62,124 bases of DNA from Alphaproteobacteria bacterium (GCA_045565415.1 JBJLFK010000042.1:1-62124); one strand, 5' to 3'; counted from the stretch's first letter, positions 19,926 to 31,181 are shown. Notes: generated by a model from the sequence alone, not told the origin. Translations and numbers: made by a program.

Positions 19926-19966
19926 TTATCTTTTTTATCTTTTACGAATATCTTTAATACATTTTT

Positions 19967-21160
19967 ATGAAGGACAAGAAAAGCATTATTCTGTATAAGT
20001 CATTAATGCATTATGTTAAAGACACAAATCACTTAATTGAATTATGTTCTAAATTAAATAAATCAAAATTTCTTGCTATCGACACTGAATTCATAAGAGA
20101 GAAAACATATTGGCCAAAATTGTGTCTTATCCAAGTTTTTAATGGTGAGGATAAGATTATTATTGACCCATTAGCCAAGGAACTAGATCTAAAACCTTTT
20201 TTTAAAATACTTATTAATAATAAGATAGTTAAGATTTTTCATTCTGGTAGACAGGATATTGAGATTTTCTATAATTTAACAAAAAAAATTCCTAAAAATA
20301 TATATGATACACAAATTGCCGCTATGGTTTGTGGTTTTGGAGACTCTATAGGGTATGAGAATTTAATTTCTCAGCTTTTAGGAAGGAAAATTGATAAAAC
20401 ATCAAGATTAACAAATTGGTCAAACCGACCATTAAGTAAAAAACAGATTAATTATGCAATATCAGATGTAACCCATCTATTTGAAGCATACCCTTTAATT
20501 AGGGATAAAATAATTAACAATAAAAGAGAGGGTTGGTTTAAAGAAGAAATTAAGATTTTAATTTCAAAAAAAACTTATGACTTAAACCCTAATGAGTCTT
20601 GGAAAAGATTGAAATATAGAAATTTGAATAAAAATTCAATTGGTATTCTTGTTGAGCTAGCTAAATGGAGAGAAATCAAAGCACAGGAAAAAGATGTTCC
20701 TAGAGGTAACATAATAAGAGATGACGCAATTTATGAGTTATGTTCAGCTCAACCAAAGAATAAAGAAGATTTAAATAACTTGAGGTCTTTCAATAGAAAA
20801 AGGTCTTTAAAAAAAGAATTTACTGAAGAAATTCTTCAGCTCATTGATAAAGGAAAATCGATGAAAAAGGAAAAACTGCCAAAATTTAAACCTTTAAAAA
20901 GACTTCCTACGGGAATATCATCTAAAGTTTCTATTCTAAAGATTCTACTTGATAATATTTCGGAAGAATACGGTGTTGCTCAGAAACTAATAGCAAATAA
21001 AAACGATCTTCAGGAGTTAGTGCTTGATGATCAAGCTGATATTAAGACATTAAAAGGATGGAGATACAAAATATTTGGTAAAAAAGCTATTGATTTTAAA
21101 AATGGTAAAATATCTATAAAAATGAAAAATAATAAAGTGGTCTTAGAAGCCGAGAAATAA
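19967..21160 (+). CDS. rnd: Ribonuclease D
   Basis: The DEDD exonuclease motifs are present (LAIDTEF, FHSGRQDIE, YAISDV), followed by an HRDC-like region. Length is 397 aa. Confidence 0.88.
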   Translation: MKDKKSIILYKSLMHYVKDTNHLIELCSKLNKSKFLAIDTEFIREKTYWPKLCLIQVFNGEDKIIIDPLAKELDLKPFFKILINNKIVKIFHSGRQDIEIFYNLTKKIPKNIYDTQIAAMVCGFGDSIGYENLISQLLGRKIDKTSRLTNWSNRPLSKKQINYAISDVTHLFEAYPLIRDKIINNKREGWFKEEIKILISKKTYDLNPNESWKRLKYRNLNKNSIGILVELAKWREIKAQEKDVPRGNIIRDDAIYELCSAQPKNKEDLNNLRSFNRKRSLKKEFTEEILQLIDKGKSMKKEKLPKFKPLKRLPTGISSKVSILKILLDNISEEYGVAQKLIANKNDLQELVLDDQADIKTLKGWRYKIFGKKAIDFKNGKISIKMKNNKVVLEAEK

Positions 21161-21162
21161 AG

Positions 21163-21834
21163 TTACCTTAATAAATCATTTATAAGAGGAATAGTTATTT
21201 TTTTACCCTTCTCTAAAGAAAACATATCAATTTTTTCAATAAATAAATTTATACCTTTATATGACCTTACCAGCCTAGACATTAAAAAATCAATAACATT
21301 TGGGTTTATTTTCAATTGTTTATCATTAAATATTTTTATTAATATCAATTCCATCAATTGATCATCTGGTTCTTTTATCTTGGCCTCAAGAATAGAATTT
21401 AATCTTGATTTTAAGTCTTCAAGGCTTAAATCAATTTCAGAAATTGATTTTCTTGAAGTCATTAATAGTTTCTTATTATTTTCTTTTACTAAGTTAATTA
21501 TATGAAAAAGATCTTCTTCAGCTTTATCATGTTTAACCTTATCGATGTTTTCTAAGATCAAAATATCTGAATCTTCAAATCTATCCAATATATTTTGATA
21601 ATCTCTATCAATATAAAAAGATTTATAATTACTAGCATTTTTGATTAAAATTTTAGATAAATGTGTTTTTCCAGAATAAGGTGGGCCGCTTATTAATCCA
21701 AAATTGATTTCGCCTTTTACCATTTTAACAATTAAATCAAATGCAAAGTTATTTGAGTCTGCAACTATGTAATCCTCTAAACCTAAAGAGGTTTTATTGG
21801 GCAGTTCAAAATAAAGTTGTTTAGAGTTTTTCAT
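21163..21834 (-). CDS. hda: DnaA-related AAA+ protein, Hda/HdaA-like (regulatory inactivation of DnaA)
   Basis: The 223-aa protein has Walker A GPPYSGKTHL and a Walker B-like ILILENID. Its size and architecture resemble DnaA domain III-only proteins. Confidence 0.65.
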   Translation of the reverse strand: MKNSKQLYFELPNKTSLGLEDYIVADSNNFAFDLIVKMVKGEINFGLISGPPYSGKTHLSKILIKNASNYKSFYIDRDYQNILDRFEDSDILILENIDKVKHDKAEEDLFHIINLVKENNKKLLMTSRKSISEIDLSLEDLKSRLNSILEAKIKEPDDQLMELILIKIFNDKQLKINPNVIDFLMSRLVRSYKGINLFIEKIDMFSLEKGKKITIPLINDLLR

Positions 21835-21844
21835 TTAAAAGCCA

Positions 21845-22414
21845 TTAATAATTTTTATTTATTGAATTAACATTAATTAACCAGACCTTAAGATATGATA
21901 TCCAAGATAAAATTGTTGAGATAGCAATAAGATAGGTTGTAATTCTATGAATTGATGTGGTTAGTTCGCTTAAAATCTGATTATTTAAGATAACTATAAA
22001 TGTAATAACAATATAAAATATTTGGAGAAAAGTGTTTATTTTACTTATGATTAATGGCTCAATTCTGAGATTAGTTCCAAGCATCCAAGAAATTATTACT
22101 GCACCAAAAATGGCAATATCTCTAGAAACAATAATAATAATTAACCAAATTGGAACATAACCATTATATCCAAGCAAAACTATGGATGAAACAATTAAAA
22201 ATTTATCAGCTATTGGGTCTAAATAACTTCCTAGTAAAGTTTGTTGATTAAACCTCTTTGCTATCAATCCATCTAATGCGTCAGAGACACCACTTATTAA
22301 AAAAAATATAAAGCCTAAAACATAATTTTCACTCAGAATCAACCAAACTATATATGGTGTTAGTAGGAGTCTTGAAATAGTTATAATATTTGGAAGATTC
22401 ATTGTATAACTCAA
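21845..22414 (-). CDS. pgsA: CDP-diacylglycerol--glycerol-3-phosphate 3-phosphatidyltransferase
   Basis: It carries the CDP-alcohol phosphatidyltransferase motif DALDGLIAKR...G..LDPIADK. The 189-aa protein is polytopic. Confidence 0.88.
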   Translation of the reverse strand: MSYTMNLPNIITISRLLLTPYIVWLILSENYVLGFIFFLISGVSDALDGLIAKRFNQQTLLGSYLDPIADKFLIVSSIVLLGYNGYVPIWLIIIIVSRDIAIFGAVIISWMLGTNLRIEPLIISKINTFLQIFYIVITFIVILNNQILSELTTSIHRITTYLIAISTILSWISYLKVWLINVNSINKNY

Positions 22415-22477
22415 AATAAATATTAATGGTGAACTGTTTAATTATATTAATCAATAATAAATTTCTTTTACAATAGG

Positions 22478-23536
22478 TTGGTCTTGAATAAAAAAAACTC
22501 TCCAATAACATATTCTTCTTCAGGAGTTGATATTGAAAAAGGAAATCAACTTGTGGAAGAAATTAAACCTATAATCAGAGAAACAAAAGTACCAGGTGCC
22601 GATATTAAAATAGGAGGCTTTGGTGGTTTATTCGATATAATGAAACTAGGATTTAATGATCCTCTTCTTGTGTCATCTACTGATGGAGTTGGAACAAAGC
22701 TTCTTCTTGCAATCGAAAGTAATAATGTTAGTGGCGTAGGAATTGATCTTGTTGCCATGTGTGTTAACGATTTAATAGTCCAAGGAGCACAGCCTCTTTT
22801 TTTCTTAGATTACTTTGCGACAGGAATTCTATCAAAAACAACTGCTAAAGAAGTTATAAAAAGCATTGCAGATGGATGTATTCAGTCTAAATGCGCATTA
22901 ATTGGTGGAGAAACTGCAGAAATGCCAGGTTTTTACGATGATAATCATTTTGATTTGGCGGGATTTGCTGTAGGTGCAGTAGAGAGAAAAAAATTACTTC
23001 CAAAAGAGATTAAAGTTAATGATGATATAATTGGATTAAAATCATCAGGCGTTCATTCAAATGGATTTTCATTGGTAAGAAAAATCCTGGATATTTCAAA
23101 AACACAATTAGATTCTAATACTCCATTTAATGAGTCTACTTTTAGCGAAGAGCTCCTAAAACCAACAAAAATATATGTGAAAACTGTCTTATCCTTACTT
23201 AATAAGACTAACGCAATTAATGCAATTGCGCATATAACCGGTGGAGGAATTACAGAAAATTTACCAAGAGTTTTTGGTTCGAGTAAAGTTCAGGCAGAAA
23301 TTTATAAAGATAGTTGGAAAAAACAAGATATTTTTCACTGGCTTCAAAATACTGGAAATATAGAAGAATCTGAAATGCTAAAGACATTTAATTGTGGGAT
23401 TGGAATGATCTTGGTTGTTAATCCAAAAGAAACAAATAATTTGCTAAATGAACTAAAAGAATTAGGAGAAGAACCTTCATTAATTGGAAAAATAACTCAT
23501 AATGAAAACCCAAACACCCTTGTAGCATATAAATAA
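22478..23536 (+). CDS. purM: Phosphoribosylformylglycinamidine cyclo-ligase (AIR synthetase)
   Basis: SSTDGVGTKLLLA and the general PurM sequence are present. The start is TTG. It is followed after 1 nt by purN, as in many bacteria. Confidence 0.93.
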   Translation: MVLNKKNSPITYSSSGVDIEKGNQLVEEIKPIIRETKVPGADIKIGGFGGLFDIMKLGFNDPLLVSSTDGVGTKLLLAIESNNVSGVGIDLVAMCVNDLIVQGAQPLFFLDYFATGILSKTTAKEVIKSIADGCIQSKCALIGGETAEMPGFYDDNHFDLAGFAVGAVERKKLLPKEIKVNDDIIGLKSSGVHSNGFSLVRKILDISKTQLDSNTPFNESTFSEELLKPTKIYVKTVLSLLNKTNAINAIAHITGGGITENLPRVFGSSKVQAEIYKDSWKKQDIFHWLQNTGNIEESEMLKTFNCGIGMILVVNPKETNNLLNELKELGEEPSLIGKITHNENPNTLVAYK

Positions 23537-23537
23537 A

Positions 23538-24185
23538 ATGAAAGTAGCAATATTAATTTCTGGGCGAGGATCAAATATGGAAAGACTCGTTGAGTCTTGT
23601 AAAACCAATAATAAATCCGCAAGTGTCGAGTTAGTCTTTTCAAATAATGCTGAGGCTTCAGGCCTTTCTTTTGCAAAAAATAACGGCATAGAAACCTCTG
23701 TAATTGATCATAGAATTTATGAAAAAAGAGAAGACTTTGATCATGAATTAGATAAGAAACTTAGAGAGAATAATATAGATTTTATTTGTAATGCTGGTTT
23801 TATGAGAATTTTAAGTGAAGATTTTGTAAATAATTGGTTTAATAAGCAAATTAATATTCATCCTTCACTATTACCCAACTTTAAAGGGCTAGATGTTCAT
23901 AAACGAGTAATAGAATCTAAAACAAATATATCCGGCTGTACGGTTCACCTTGTTAGAGCTGGTGTGGATGAAGGTCCAATAATTGGCCAAATTTCAACAA
24001 AAGTAGAAACTAATGATAATGAAGAAATATTATCAATTAAAGTTCTCAAGCTTGAGCATATTTTATATCCAGTTTGTTTAAAATTATTTTCTGATAACTT
24101 GATTCAAATCAATGAAGATAAGATAATTTACAGTATGGAAGCGATAAATCAACTAGATGAAATTAATGGAATATTGGATAAATAA
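23538..24185 (+). CDS. purN: Phosphoribosylglycinamide formyltransferase
   Basis: It has ILISGRGSN and the NIHPSLLPNFKG motif. Length is 215 aa. Confidence 0.92.
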   Translation: MKVAILISGRGSNMERLVESCKTNNKSASVELVFSNNAEASGLSFAKNNGIETSVIDHRIYEKREDFDHELDKKLRENNIDFICNAGFMRILSEDFVNNWFNKQINIHPSLLPNFKGLDVHKRVIESKTNISGCTVHLVRAGVDEGPIIGQISTKVETNDNEEILSIKVLKLEHILYPVCLKLFSDNLIQINEDKIIYSMEAINQLDEINGILDK

Positions 24186-24191
24186 AAGTAT

Positions 24192-24611
24192 TTATGTAAT
24201 CTCAGACTCATCAAAGAAATAGTTTATTTCTTCAATTGCTGTCTCGGAAGAGTCAGATCCGTGTACAGAATTTGCCTCGATTGATAAAGCAAACTGTTTT
24301 CTAATTGTTCCCTCTTCAGCATCATCAGGATTTGTAGCGCCCATGATTTCTCTATTTTTTAAAATTGCATTTTCGCCTTCCAAAATTTGAACAATTATTG
24401 GTGCTGAGGTCATAAAAGTAACTAAATCTTGAAAAAAAGGTTTTTCGGAATGTATTGAATAAAAACCTTCTGCTTGTTCTTTCGTTAATAAAATCTTCTT
24501 TTGCGCAATAATATTTAAACCAGAATCTTCAAAGTAAGATATTATCTTTCCAGTAATATTTCTTTTAGTTGCATCAGGCTTTATAATTGAAAGAGTTCTT
24601 TCTATAGACAT
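24192..24611 (-). CDS. ndk: Nucleoside-diphosphate kinase
   Basis: The start [11 protein letters not shown] and the active-site His context NSVHGSDS are present. Length is 139 aa. Confidence 0.95.
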   Translation of the reverse strand: MSIERTLSIIKPDATKRNITGKIISYFEDSGLNIIAQKKILLTKEQAEGFYSIHSEKPFFQDLVTFMTSAPIIVQILEGENAILKNREIMGATNPDDAEEGTIRKQFALSIEANSVHGSDSSETAIEEINYFFDESEIT

Positions 24612-24613
24612 TT

Positions 24614-25078
24614 TTACCTCATAAAATTTTCTTTAATCCATTTACCATTATCGTCGGATTTATAAAAGACTATATCTTCGAAATCCTCATTAATATCAAG
24701 ATAATATTTTTTATATTTTTCTAATAAAGTTTTGTCATTAACATCAACAATTATAATTAATCTTTCAAAATTATTTATATTATCTGGTAGAAAGCCATCA
24801 ATAGAAAAAAGTGACTCCGCTTTATAAGGATTTTCATTTTTAGTTGATAGATAAATTGGAATATCTATTTCATCAAAAATTTTATCATCTTCTGATAAAT
24901 GAGGTAAAAAGGAATTTTGTTTATAAGTCCACAATTTCTCATCTATAACTGAACATTTTTCTTTATCTTGAAAAAGTAATAGCGACTTATAACCTTTTTC
25001 AAGAGACTTTTCTATTAAAGCAAAAAGTGTGTTTTCAACCTGTAATGGAGCCGTACTATAAAATATAATTTGCGTCAC
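24614..25078 (-). CDS. holC: DNA polymerase III subunit chi
   Basis: The 154-aa ORF lies immediately downstream of pepA and divergent from lptFG, the same arrangement as E. coli pepA-holC / lptF-lptG. The N-terminal IFYS... layout is typical of chi. Confidence 0.7.
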   Translation of the reverse strand: MTQIIFYSTAPLQVENTLFALIEKSLEKGYKSLLLFQDKEKCSVIDEKLWTYKQNSFLPHLSEDDKIFDEIDIPIYLSTKNENPYKAESLFSIDGFLPDNINNFERLIIIVDVNDKTLLEKYKKYYLDINEDFEDIVFYKSDDNGKWIKENFMR

Positions 25079-26545
25079 TTAGTTCTCATAGAACTTTTTG
25101 ACAAAAGTATCTAATAAATGCACTCCAAATCCTGTTGCCCAACTTGTATTTGTTGATGTTTTCGGCATACCAGTAGCGGTTCCGGCAATATCTAAATGTG
25201 CCCAAGGAACCTTATTAACAAATCTTTGAAGAAATTGTGCAGCCGTAATTGACCCAGCTCCGCCCATCCCAATATTCTTCATGTCAGCAAATTTTGAGTT
25301 TATTAACTTATCGTAAGATTTACTAAGTGGAAAACGCCATACTTGATCGCCACTCTCTTCTCCAGCATCAATTAACTTTGAGGATAATTTGTCGTCATTT
25401 GAAAACAATCCTGCAATTAAACTACCTAAAGAAACAACCATTGCCCCCGTTAATGTAGCTAGATCAATCATAAGTTCTGGTTTGAATCTTTTTTGTGCAT
25501 ACCATAAGGCATCAGCAAGAACTAATCTTCCTTCGGCATCTGTGTTCTGAATTTCTATGGTTTGCCCTGACATAGATTTAATTATATCACCAGGTTTCTG
25601 AGCCTTACCATCAGGCATATTTTCCACCAAACCAACAATACCAATAGCATTAACTTTAGCTTTTCTCTTAGCGAGTGATAGCATTGTGCCAACAACTGCG
25701 GCAGATCCACCCATATCGCCAATCATCTCTTCCATTTTATTACTTGGTTTAATAGAGATACCGCCAGAATCAAAACAAACCCCTTTTCCTACAAAACAAA
25801 TTGGTTTAGTTTTCTTTGCTTTATTTCCATTCCAATGCATTATCACTAATTGACTTTCTCTTTGACTTCCTTGACCAACGCCAACAAGTGAGTGCATTTT
25901 AAGGGTCTTCATCTTTGATTCGCCAAGAACTTCAATCTTTAAGCCGTGTTGTCGCAATTTCTGAATTCTTTGAGCATATGCTTTAGGATATAAAACATTA
26001 CTGGGCTCATTAACTAGGTCTCTTGCGTAAAAAACACCATCAGAGATAGAGGTATATCTATTGAAGTCATTATTAAGTTTTGTATGATTATTTGAAGCAA
26101 TCTCAATTAATGAAAGCTTATGATTAGTAAAATTTTTTGTTTTATATTTATTAAAAGAATATGAACCAAGAATTGAACCATAACCAAGTCTCATTATGTT
26201 TTCATTATTATTAATTTCTTTATCAATGATTACAGAAGTTTTGGTTTTTAATTTAGTTAATTCAGTAATTTTTCCGCCGATTTTCTCAAATTCTGACGCA
26301 TTTAAGTCTTTCGTTTTATTTCCTAATCCACAAATATAAACCGTTTTTAGCTTGCTATCTTTTATACTATTTATTTCAATTATCTCATTAAGCTTAAACC
26401 CAAAGCCCTTATTTTCTATTGATTTTTTTATCTCTTCTATATGTTTATCATTAAGCCCTATATTTTTAAGTGCACTCTTTTTAGATAAGACAAGAAAAAC
26501 AATTTCTGACATTTTATTTAGTTTCGATACAAATTTAACTTTCAT
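25079..26545 (-). CDS. pepA: Leucyl aminopeptidase (M17)
   Basis: The M17 signature NTDAEGRLVLADAL and the metal-ligand region VGKGVCFDSGGISIKP are present. Length is 488 aa. Confidence 0.95.
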   Translation of the reverse strand: MKVKFVSKLNKMSEIVFLVLSKKSALKNIGLNDKHIEEIKKSIENKGFGFKLNEIIEINSIKDSKLKTVYICGLGNKTKDLNASEFEKIGGKITELTKLKTKTSVIIDKEINNNENIMRLGYGSILGSYSFNKYKTKNFTNHKLSLIEIASNNHTKLNNDFNRYTSISDGVFYARDLVNEPSNVLYPKAYAQRIQKLRQHGLKIEVLGESKMKTLKMHSLVGVGQGSQRESQLVIMHWNGNKAKKTKPICFVGKGVCFDSGGISIKPSNKMEEMIGDMGGSAAVVGTMLSLAKRKAKVNAIGIVGLVENMPDGKAQKPGDIIKSMSGQTIEIQNTDAEGRLVLADALWYAQKRFKPELMIDLATLTGAMVVSLGSLIAGLFSNDDKLSSKLIDAGEESGDQVWRFPLSKSYDKLINSKFADMKNIGMGGAGSITAAQFLQRFVNKVPWAHLDIAGTATGMPKTSTNTSWATGFGVHLLDTFVKKFYEN

Positions 26546-26615
26546 TTATTTCTCCAAAATAACTAAAAACCTAACTATAACTTTTCTATGATAAGTAGTG
26601 TATAATCTAAGAGCA

Positions 26616-27722
26616 ATGGCAAGTATAGATAAATATATAATTAAAAAACTTTTTGTTTCACTGGTGATCGTTTGTATCGCAATGTTGTCACTAGCGTGGC
26701 TTACACAAGTTCTAAGAATGCTCGATGAAGCAATCATTCGAGGAGCAAGTATTCCAGTATTTTTAAGCTTAACGATCTCAGTAATGCCAAACATTCTCTC
26801 TCAAATATTACCTTTGGCACTTTTTATTTCTACAGTTTTTGTATTAAACAATATGGGTAAAGATAATGAATCAATTATTATCTTATCATCAGGAATAAGT
26901 AATTTTAGAGTCCTAAAACCATTTCTTATATTCGCGACAATAACATCAATTTTACTCTTGGTATTATCATTATATTTAGCTCCTGCAGGTATGAGGTACT
27001 CAAAACTAAAAATGCATGATCTTAAAAATGATATTTCAAGTACTATTTTAAGGGATGGATTATTCTCTATGCCTGCAAAAGGTTTAACTGTATACGCTAA
27101 AAGTAAAGAGAGAGATAACTCAATAACTGGTGTTTTAGTTCACGATAATAGGGATCCAGAAAATTCAATCACATACACAGCTAAAAAAGGTTTATTTTTT
27201 AATGAAAATAATGAATCGAAACTAATTCTTATTGATGGAACAATTCAACATAAAAACTCCCTAAAACCTTCAGGAGGAATAACAACAGTTGAATTTGAAA
27301 GAAATGAATATTCATTTTCAGAATTTCTTCCTCAAAGTGAAATTTTTAATCTTGACTCAAGTCAAAGATTTTTAGGGGAATTACTTTTTCCTAAAGTAGA
27401 TAATCCATATGTCGCAAAAAGGATTAATAATTTTCTAGCAGTTGGACATCACAAATTATCTCAATTACTTCATCCAATTGCCTTAATCCTTTTCGCATTT
27501 TGCTTCTTAATAAATAAAATTCAATCCAGAGTTACTCCAGCTTTAACAAATATATTAGCTGTTACATTTGGCTTTTTATTTCAAATAATCGATTTTTTCT
27601 TATTGGGATTTGCTCAATCAAGCTTAATTGGGGTAATTGCTTTGTATATATTGCCTTTATTATGTCTTTTTTCTGTTTTAGTTTTTTATAAAGAGAATTT
27701 TGGATTTTTAAGTAAGGCTTAA
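26616..27722 (+). CDS. lptF: LPS export ABC transporter permease LptF
   Basis: It is a YjgP/YjgQ-family permease (IDKYIIKKLF start, TM segments flanking a soluble domain). It is paired with lptG and divergent from pepA. The track ORF starts at GTG 26598; I prefer ATG 26616. Confidence 0.85.
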   Translation: MASIDKYIIKKLFVSLVIVCIAMLSLAWLTQVLRMLDEAIIRGASIPVFLSLTISVMPNILSQILPLALFISTVFVLNNMGKDNESIIILSSGISNFRVLKPFLIFATITSILLLVLSLYLAPAGMRYSKLKMHDLKNDISSTILRDGLFSMPAKGLTVYAKSKERDNSITGVLVHDNRDPENSITYTAKKGLFFNENNESKLILIDGTIQHKNSLKPSGGITTVEFERNEYSFSEFLPQSEIFNLDSSQRFLGELLFPKVDNPYVAKRINNFLAVGHHKLSQLLHPIALILFAFCFLINKIQSRVTPALTNILAVTFGFLFQIIDFFLLGFAQSSLIGVIALYILPLLCLFSVLVFYKENFGFLSKA

Positions 27723-27725
27723 ATT

Positions 27726-28823
27726 ATGAATCTAACTAAAACGTTAGCTAAATACTTTTATAAGAAATATATAACTACATTGTTATATTCACTCGTTATT
27801 TCAATAGTATTTGTTTTTATTATTGATACTGCTGAACTTTCAAGAAGAATATCTAAGACGGGTGATGGGGATATTATTTTAGCTATAAAACTTGCTTTCT
27901 TTAAATTGCCTGAAATGGTATTTGAGATTTTCCCATTTATAGTATTATTTGGATCTTTAGTTACTTTCTATAATATGGCAAAAAGCTCTGAACTAGTTAT
28001 TTTTCGTTCAAGTGGAGTTTCTATTTGGAAAATTCTTACCCCTCCTCTTTTAGTTGTTTCTATTATAGGATTATTTTTAATTTTTGTTTTACAGCCTTTT
28101 ATTGCCTTTACATCTGCAAAATTTAAAGAACTTGAAGCAAGAAGTATAAGAGGTCAGGTCAGTTTAATTACTTTATCTGAAAATGGCCTATGGCTTAAAG
28201 AAGAAAACCTAGAGAATAATACATATTATATAATTCATTCTCTTGGTATGGACAAAAAATATGGAAACATTGAAAATGTAATTTTTTTTAATTATCAAGA
28301 AAATGGTAATTTATTAAGGAGAATTGATGCTGATAATGCTCAATTATCAAGAGGTAAATGGTCTTTATCTAATGCATGGATAAAAGAAACTGAAGAGACA
28401 GTTTATTATGAGAAATTTTCGATAAATACAAATCTTACTATCGACCAGATACAAGAAAATTTTTCTCCACCTGAAACTATTTCTTTCTGGAAACTGCCAA
28501 GTTTTATTGCAATTGCCGAGGAAGCTGGTTTCGCATCTCAAAGACATAAAACAAGATTCTTCAATTTAATTGTATTTCCATTTTTCTTGATAGCGATGGT
28601 TTTAGCCTCTGCACCATTCTCAATAAACTACATTAGAACAAGCAGGACTAATATTTTGATTTTTGGAGGCATTATAACTGGTTTAGTTGTTTATACATTA
28701 TCAAGTGTATCGCTAGCTTTTGGATCGTCAGGAGCAATTAATCCTTTGCTATCAGCAATAATAACGCCCATTATTGCAATTACTGGATCAGTAACTATTT
28801 TGCTTTATACCGAAGAAAGCTAA
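27726..28823 (+). CDS. lptG: LPS export ABC transporter permease LptG
   Basis: This is the second YjgP/YjgQ-family permease, 3 nt after lptF. Length is 365 aa. Confidence 0.85.
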   Translation: MNLTKTLAKYFYKKYITTLLYSLVISIVFVFIIDTAELSRRISKTGDGDIILAIKLAFFKLPEMVFEIFPFIVLFGSLVTFYNMAKSSELVIFRSSGVSIWKILTPPLLVVSIIGLFLIFVLQPFIAFTSAKFKELEARSIRGQVSLITLSENGLWLKEENLENNTYYIIHSLGMDKKYGNIENVIFFNYQENGNLLRRIDADNAQLSRGKWSLSNAWIKETEETVYYEKFSINTNLTIDQIQENFSPPETISFWKLPSFIAIAEEAGFASQRHKTRFFNLIVFPFFLIAMVLASAPFSINYIRTSRTNILIFGGIITGLVVYTLSSVSLAFGSSGAINPLLSAIITPIIAITGSVTILLYTEES

Positions 28824-28825
28824 AA

Positions 28826-31180
28826 ATGGATAAATTATTTTTTTCCATATATTTTATTTTTTTACTATTAATTCCAATTAATGATCTTAAGGCTAATCAA
28901 AGCAATGAAAATATTCTTGAGGCTGATAAGATAGAATATATTAATGATAGCGGGAAAATTCTGGCAACAGGATCTGTTTTAATAATAAGGGATGGTTATA
29001 GGCTTGAAGCAGATAAAGTTTCTTTAGATCCTTCAAAGAATATTATTGAGGCTGAAGGAAATATAAGAATTAATGAAGGAAATGGCGGTCTTATTACTGC
29101 TTCAAAAATAAAAATCTCTTCAAATCTAAATGATGGAATTATTGAATTACCAAGGATAGTTACCAAAGATGGGACTGTCTTAGCTTCGGATTATGCAATT
29201 AGAAATAGTGGTAAAGCCACTATTCTCAGGAAAGGTTTATTTAGTCCATGTAAAAAATGTGAGTCAAATAATAGAAGGGTTTCATGGCAAGTTCGTGCAG
29301 ATAGGATTATTCATGATGAAATTAATGGGAACATTGTTTATGAAGGCGCGAGATTTGAGCTCTTTGGAGTGCCTGTATTTTATATTCCAATTGCTGGACA
29401 CCCTAGTCCAGACGTAAAAAGAAGAACAGGGTTCCTTGCTCCATCTCTAGTAAGTTCTGGAGATTTAGGAGTAGTCCTTAAGACACCTTATTTTATAAAC
29501 CTTAGACAAGATTATGATTTAACAGTAACACCTTGGATTGTAACAAAAGGAGCATTTATTTTTGAAAATGAATGGAGACAAAAATTTAAAAACGGAATTA
29601 TAAATTTTTATGGAATTTTAGCCTCTTTAAGTGACAACTTTAAAGTAAGAACAGTGAATATAAATAGTGATTGGCAATCGGTTATTAACTCACCCTTTAA
29701 CACTAATTCAGAACTAGTGAGCTTAGGAAAGAAATTAGTTTTTGAATATGATGATAATAATCATTCTATTTCTAATGTTGAGGTTGCTCCCTTAGACGAT
29801 CCACGCCCTTCCTCTATATCAAAAGCAATTGGCTATGACTATAGGGGTTCTTTTTCTGCAAGAGGGAGTTTTAATTTGAATGATTGGAATATTAATTTTG
29901 ATGGCACTTTTGTTTCTGATGATACATTTTTACGAAGATTTGATTTAAATGATAAAACCGATATTATGTCTTCAATATCAATATCAAAAAATTGGAACAA
30001 TCTCTCTCTGAATATAGAATCTAAGCATTTTACTCTTCTTTTACCTGAAAAGGAAGGCTCTGAGCCAATCATACTTCCAATTATTAATTTAAATTGGCAA
30101 CCTAATTTCGAGTTTTTAGGTGGAAAATTCAATTTAAACTTCAACTCAGCTAATATAATTCGTAAAACCGATGGAAATACACAAAGAATTTCTATTAAAA
30201 GCTCATGGAAAAGAAATACTATTACAAAAACTGGACATTTAATTGATATGGGTGTCTTTTTAAGAGGTGATTTATATAGGTCAACAAAAAAATATATCCC
30301 AAATAATTCATCACGACTTCTTCCTTCAAACCGTTTTGGGGAGGACTTAAATATAGCTAGACTATTACCTAGTTATTTTTTGGAATGGAAATTTCCAGTT
30401 GTTTCTCCACATGGGCATACAATATTAGAGCCAATAGTTAATTTTACAATCGCACCAAATGACAAAGAGTATCTCAAAATCCCCAATGAGGACTCAATTG
30501 CCTTCGAATTAAATTCAGCGAATATTTTTTTCAATGATAGAATTCAAGGATTTGATAGATGGGAATATGGGAATAGAATAAATTATGGTATCCAGATTTC
30601 ACATTTTTGGGGAGATAGAGTGGTTAAAGCTTTATTAGCTCAAAGTTACAGGTTTTCTGATCTAAGCTTCTCATACACAGGAAACGGTTTAAGGAAAGAT
30701 TTTTCTGATTTAATTTTTGATTTATTTTATAAGCCAAATAAAAACCTTACGATTTCATATAGAGGCAGAATGAATGAAGATGACCTAAATCTCACAAGAT
30801 CAGAATTTGATATTCAAGGAAATTATAAAAGATGGGGATTTAGATTAGGGCATGCTCATCTTGATGATGAGGAATATCTAAACTTAAAAGAACAGAAAGA
30901 ACTTAGATTTGCTAATTTCATAAATATTAATCAAAATTGGCTTCTTCAAGCAGCCATAAGGTATGATGTAGAGACCAAAAAATCATTAAGAAATAGGCTT
31001 TCTTTTGTTTACATTGACGATTGTATATCTTTTGAATTAGGATTTAGAAGAAAATTTGCTGAATATCGTGATTTAAAGCCAACGAATTCTTTCATGGTTA
31101 AATTAAAAGTATATACTTTTGGCGGTGGAAATATTAATAGTTCAAAAAGACTTGATAGATTATGGGAAAGAGTTGAATAA
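28826..31180 (+). CDS. lptD: LPS assembly outer membrane protein LptD
   Basis: The 784-aa protein has a signal peptide, an OstA-like N-terminal domain and a large beta-barrel region. It is followed by surA-pdxA-rsmA exactly as in E. coli. Confidence 0.88.
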   Translation: MDKLFFSIYFIFLLLIPINDLKANQSNENILEADKIEYINDSGKILATGSVLIIRDGYRLEADKVSLDPSKNIIEAEGNIRINEGNGGLITASKIKISSNLNDGIIELPRIVTKDGTVLASDYAIRNSGKATILRKGLFSPCKKCESNNRRVSWQVRADRIIHDEINGNIVYEGARFELFGVPVFYIPIAGHPSPDVKRRTGFLAPSLVSSGDLGVVLKTPYFINLRQDYDLTVTPWIVTKGAFIFENEWRQKFKNGIINFYGILASLSDNFKVRTVNINSDWQSVINSPFNTNSELVSLGKKLVFEYDDNNHSISNVEVAPLDDPRPSSISKAIGYDYRGSFSARGSFNLNDWNINFDGTFVSDDTFLRRFDLNDKTDIMSSISISKNWNNLSLNIESKHFTLLLPEKEGSEPIILPIINLNWQPNFEFLGGKFNLNFNSANIIRKTDGNTQRISIKSSWKRNTITKTGHLIDMGVFLRGDLYRSTKKYIPNNSSRLLPSNRFGEDLNIARLLPSYFLEWKFPVVSPHGHTILEPIVNFTIAPNDKEYLKIPNEDSIAFELNSANIFFNDRIQGFDRWEYGNRINYGIQISHFWGDRVVKALLAQSYRFSDLSFSYTGNGLRKDFSDLIFDLFYKPNKNLTISYRGRMNEDDLNLTRSEFDIQGNYKRWGFRLGHAHLDDEEYLNLKEQKELRFANFININQNWLLQAAIRYDVETKKSLRNRLSFVYIDDCISFELGFRRKFAEYRDLKPTNSFMVKLKVYTFGGGNINSSKRLDRLWERVE

Positions 31181-31181
31181 A

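Noticed and set aside
19926-19943. A tandem duplication, TTATCTTTT TTATCTTTT, in the aspS/rnd divergent spacer.
   Set aside because: There are only two copies of a low-complexity 9-mer, with no further copies or symmetry. It is most simply T-rich promoter DNA.
26598-26618. A perfect TATAAT at 26601-26606, only 9 nt before the preferred lptF ATG. This would suggest a nearly leaderless mRNA.
   Set aside because: No -35 partner was identified, and TATAAT is frequent in this composition. The alternative GTG start at 26598 cannot be excluded, so the observation is too speculative to report as a finding.
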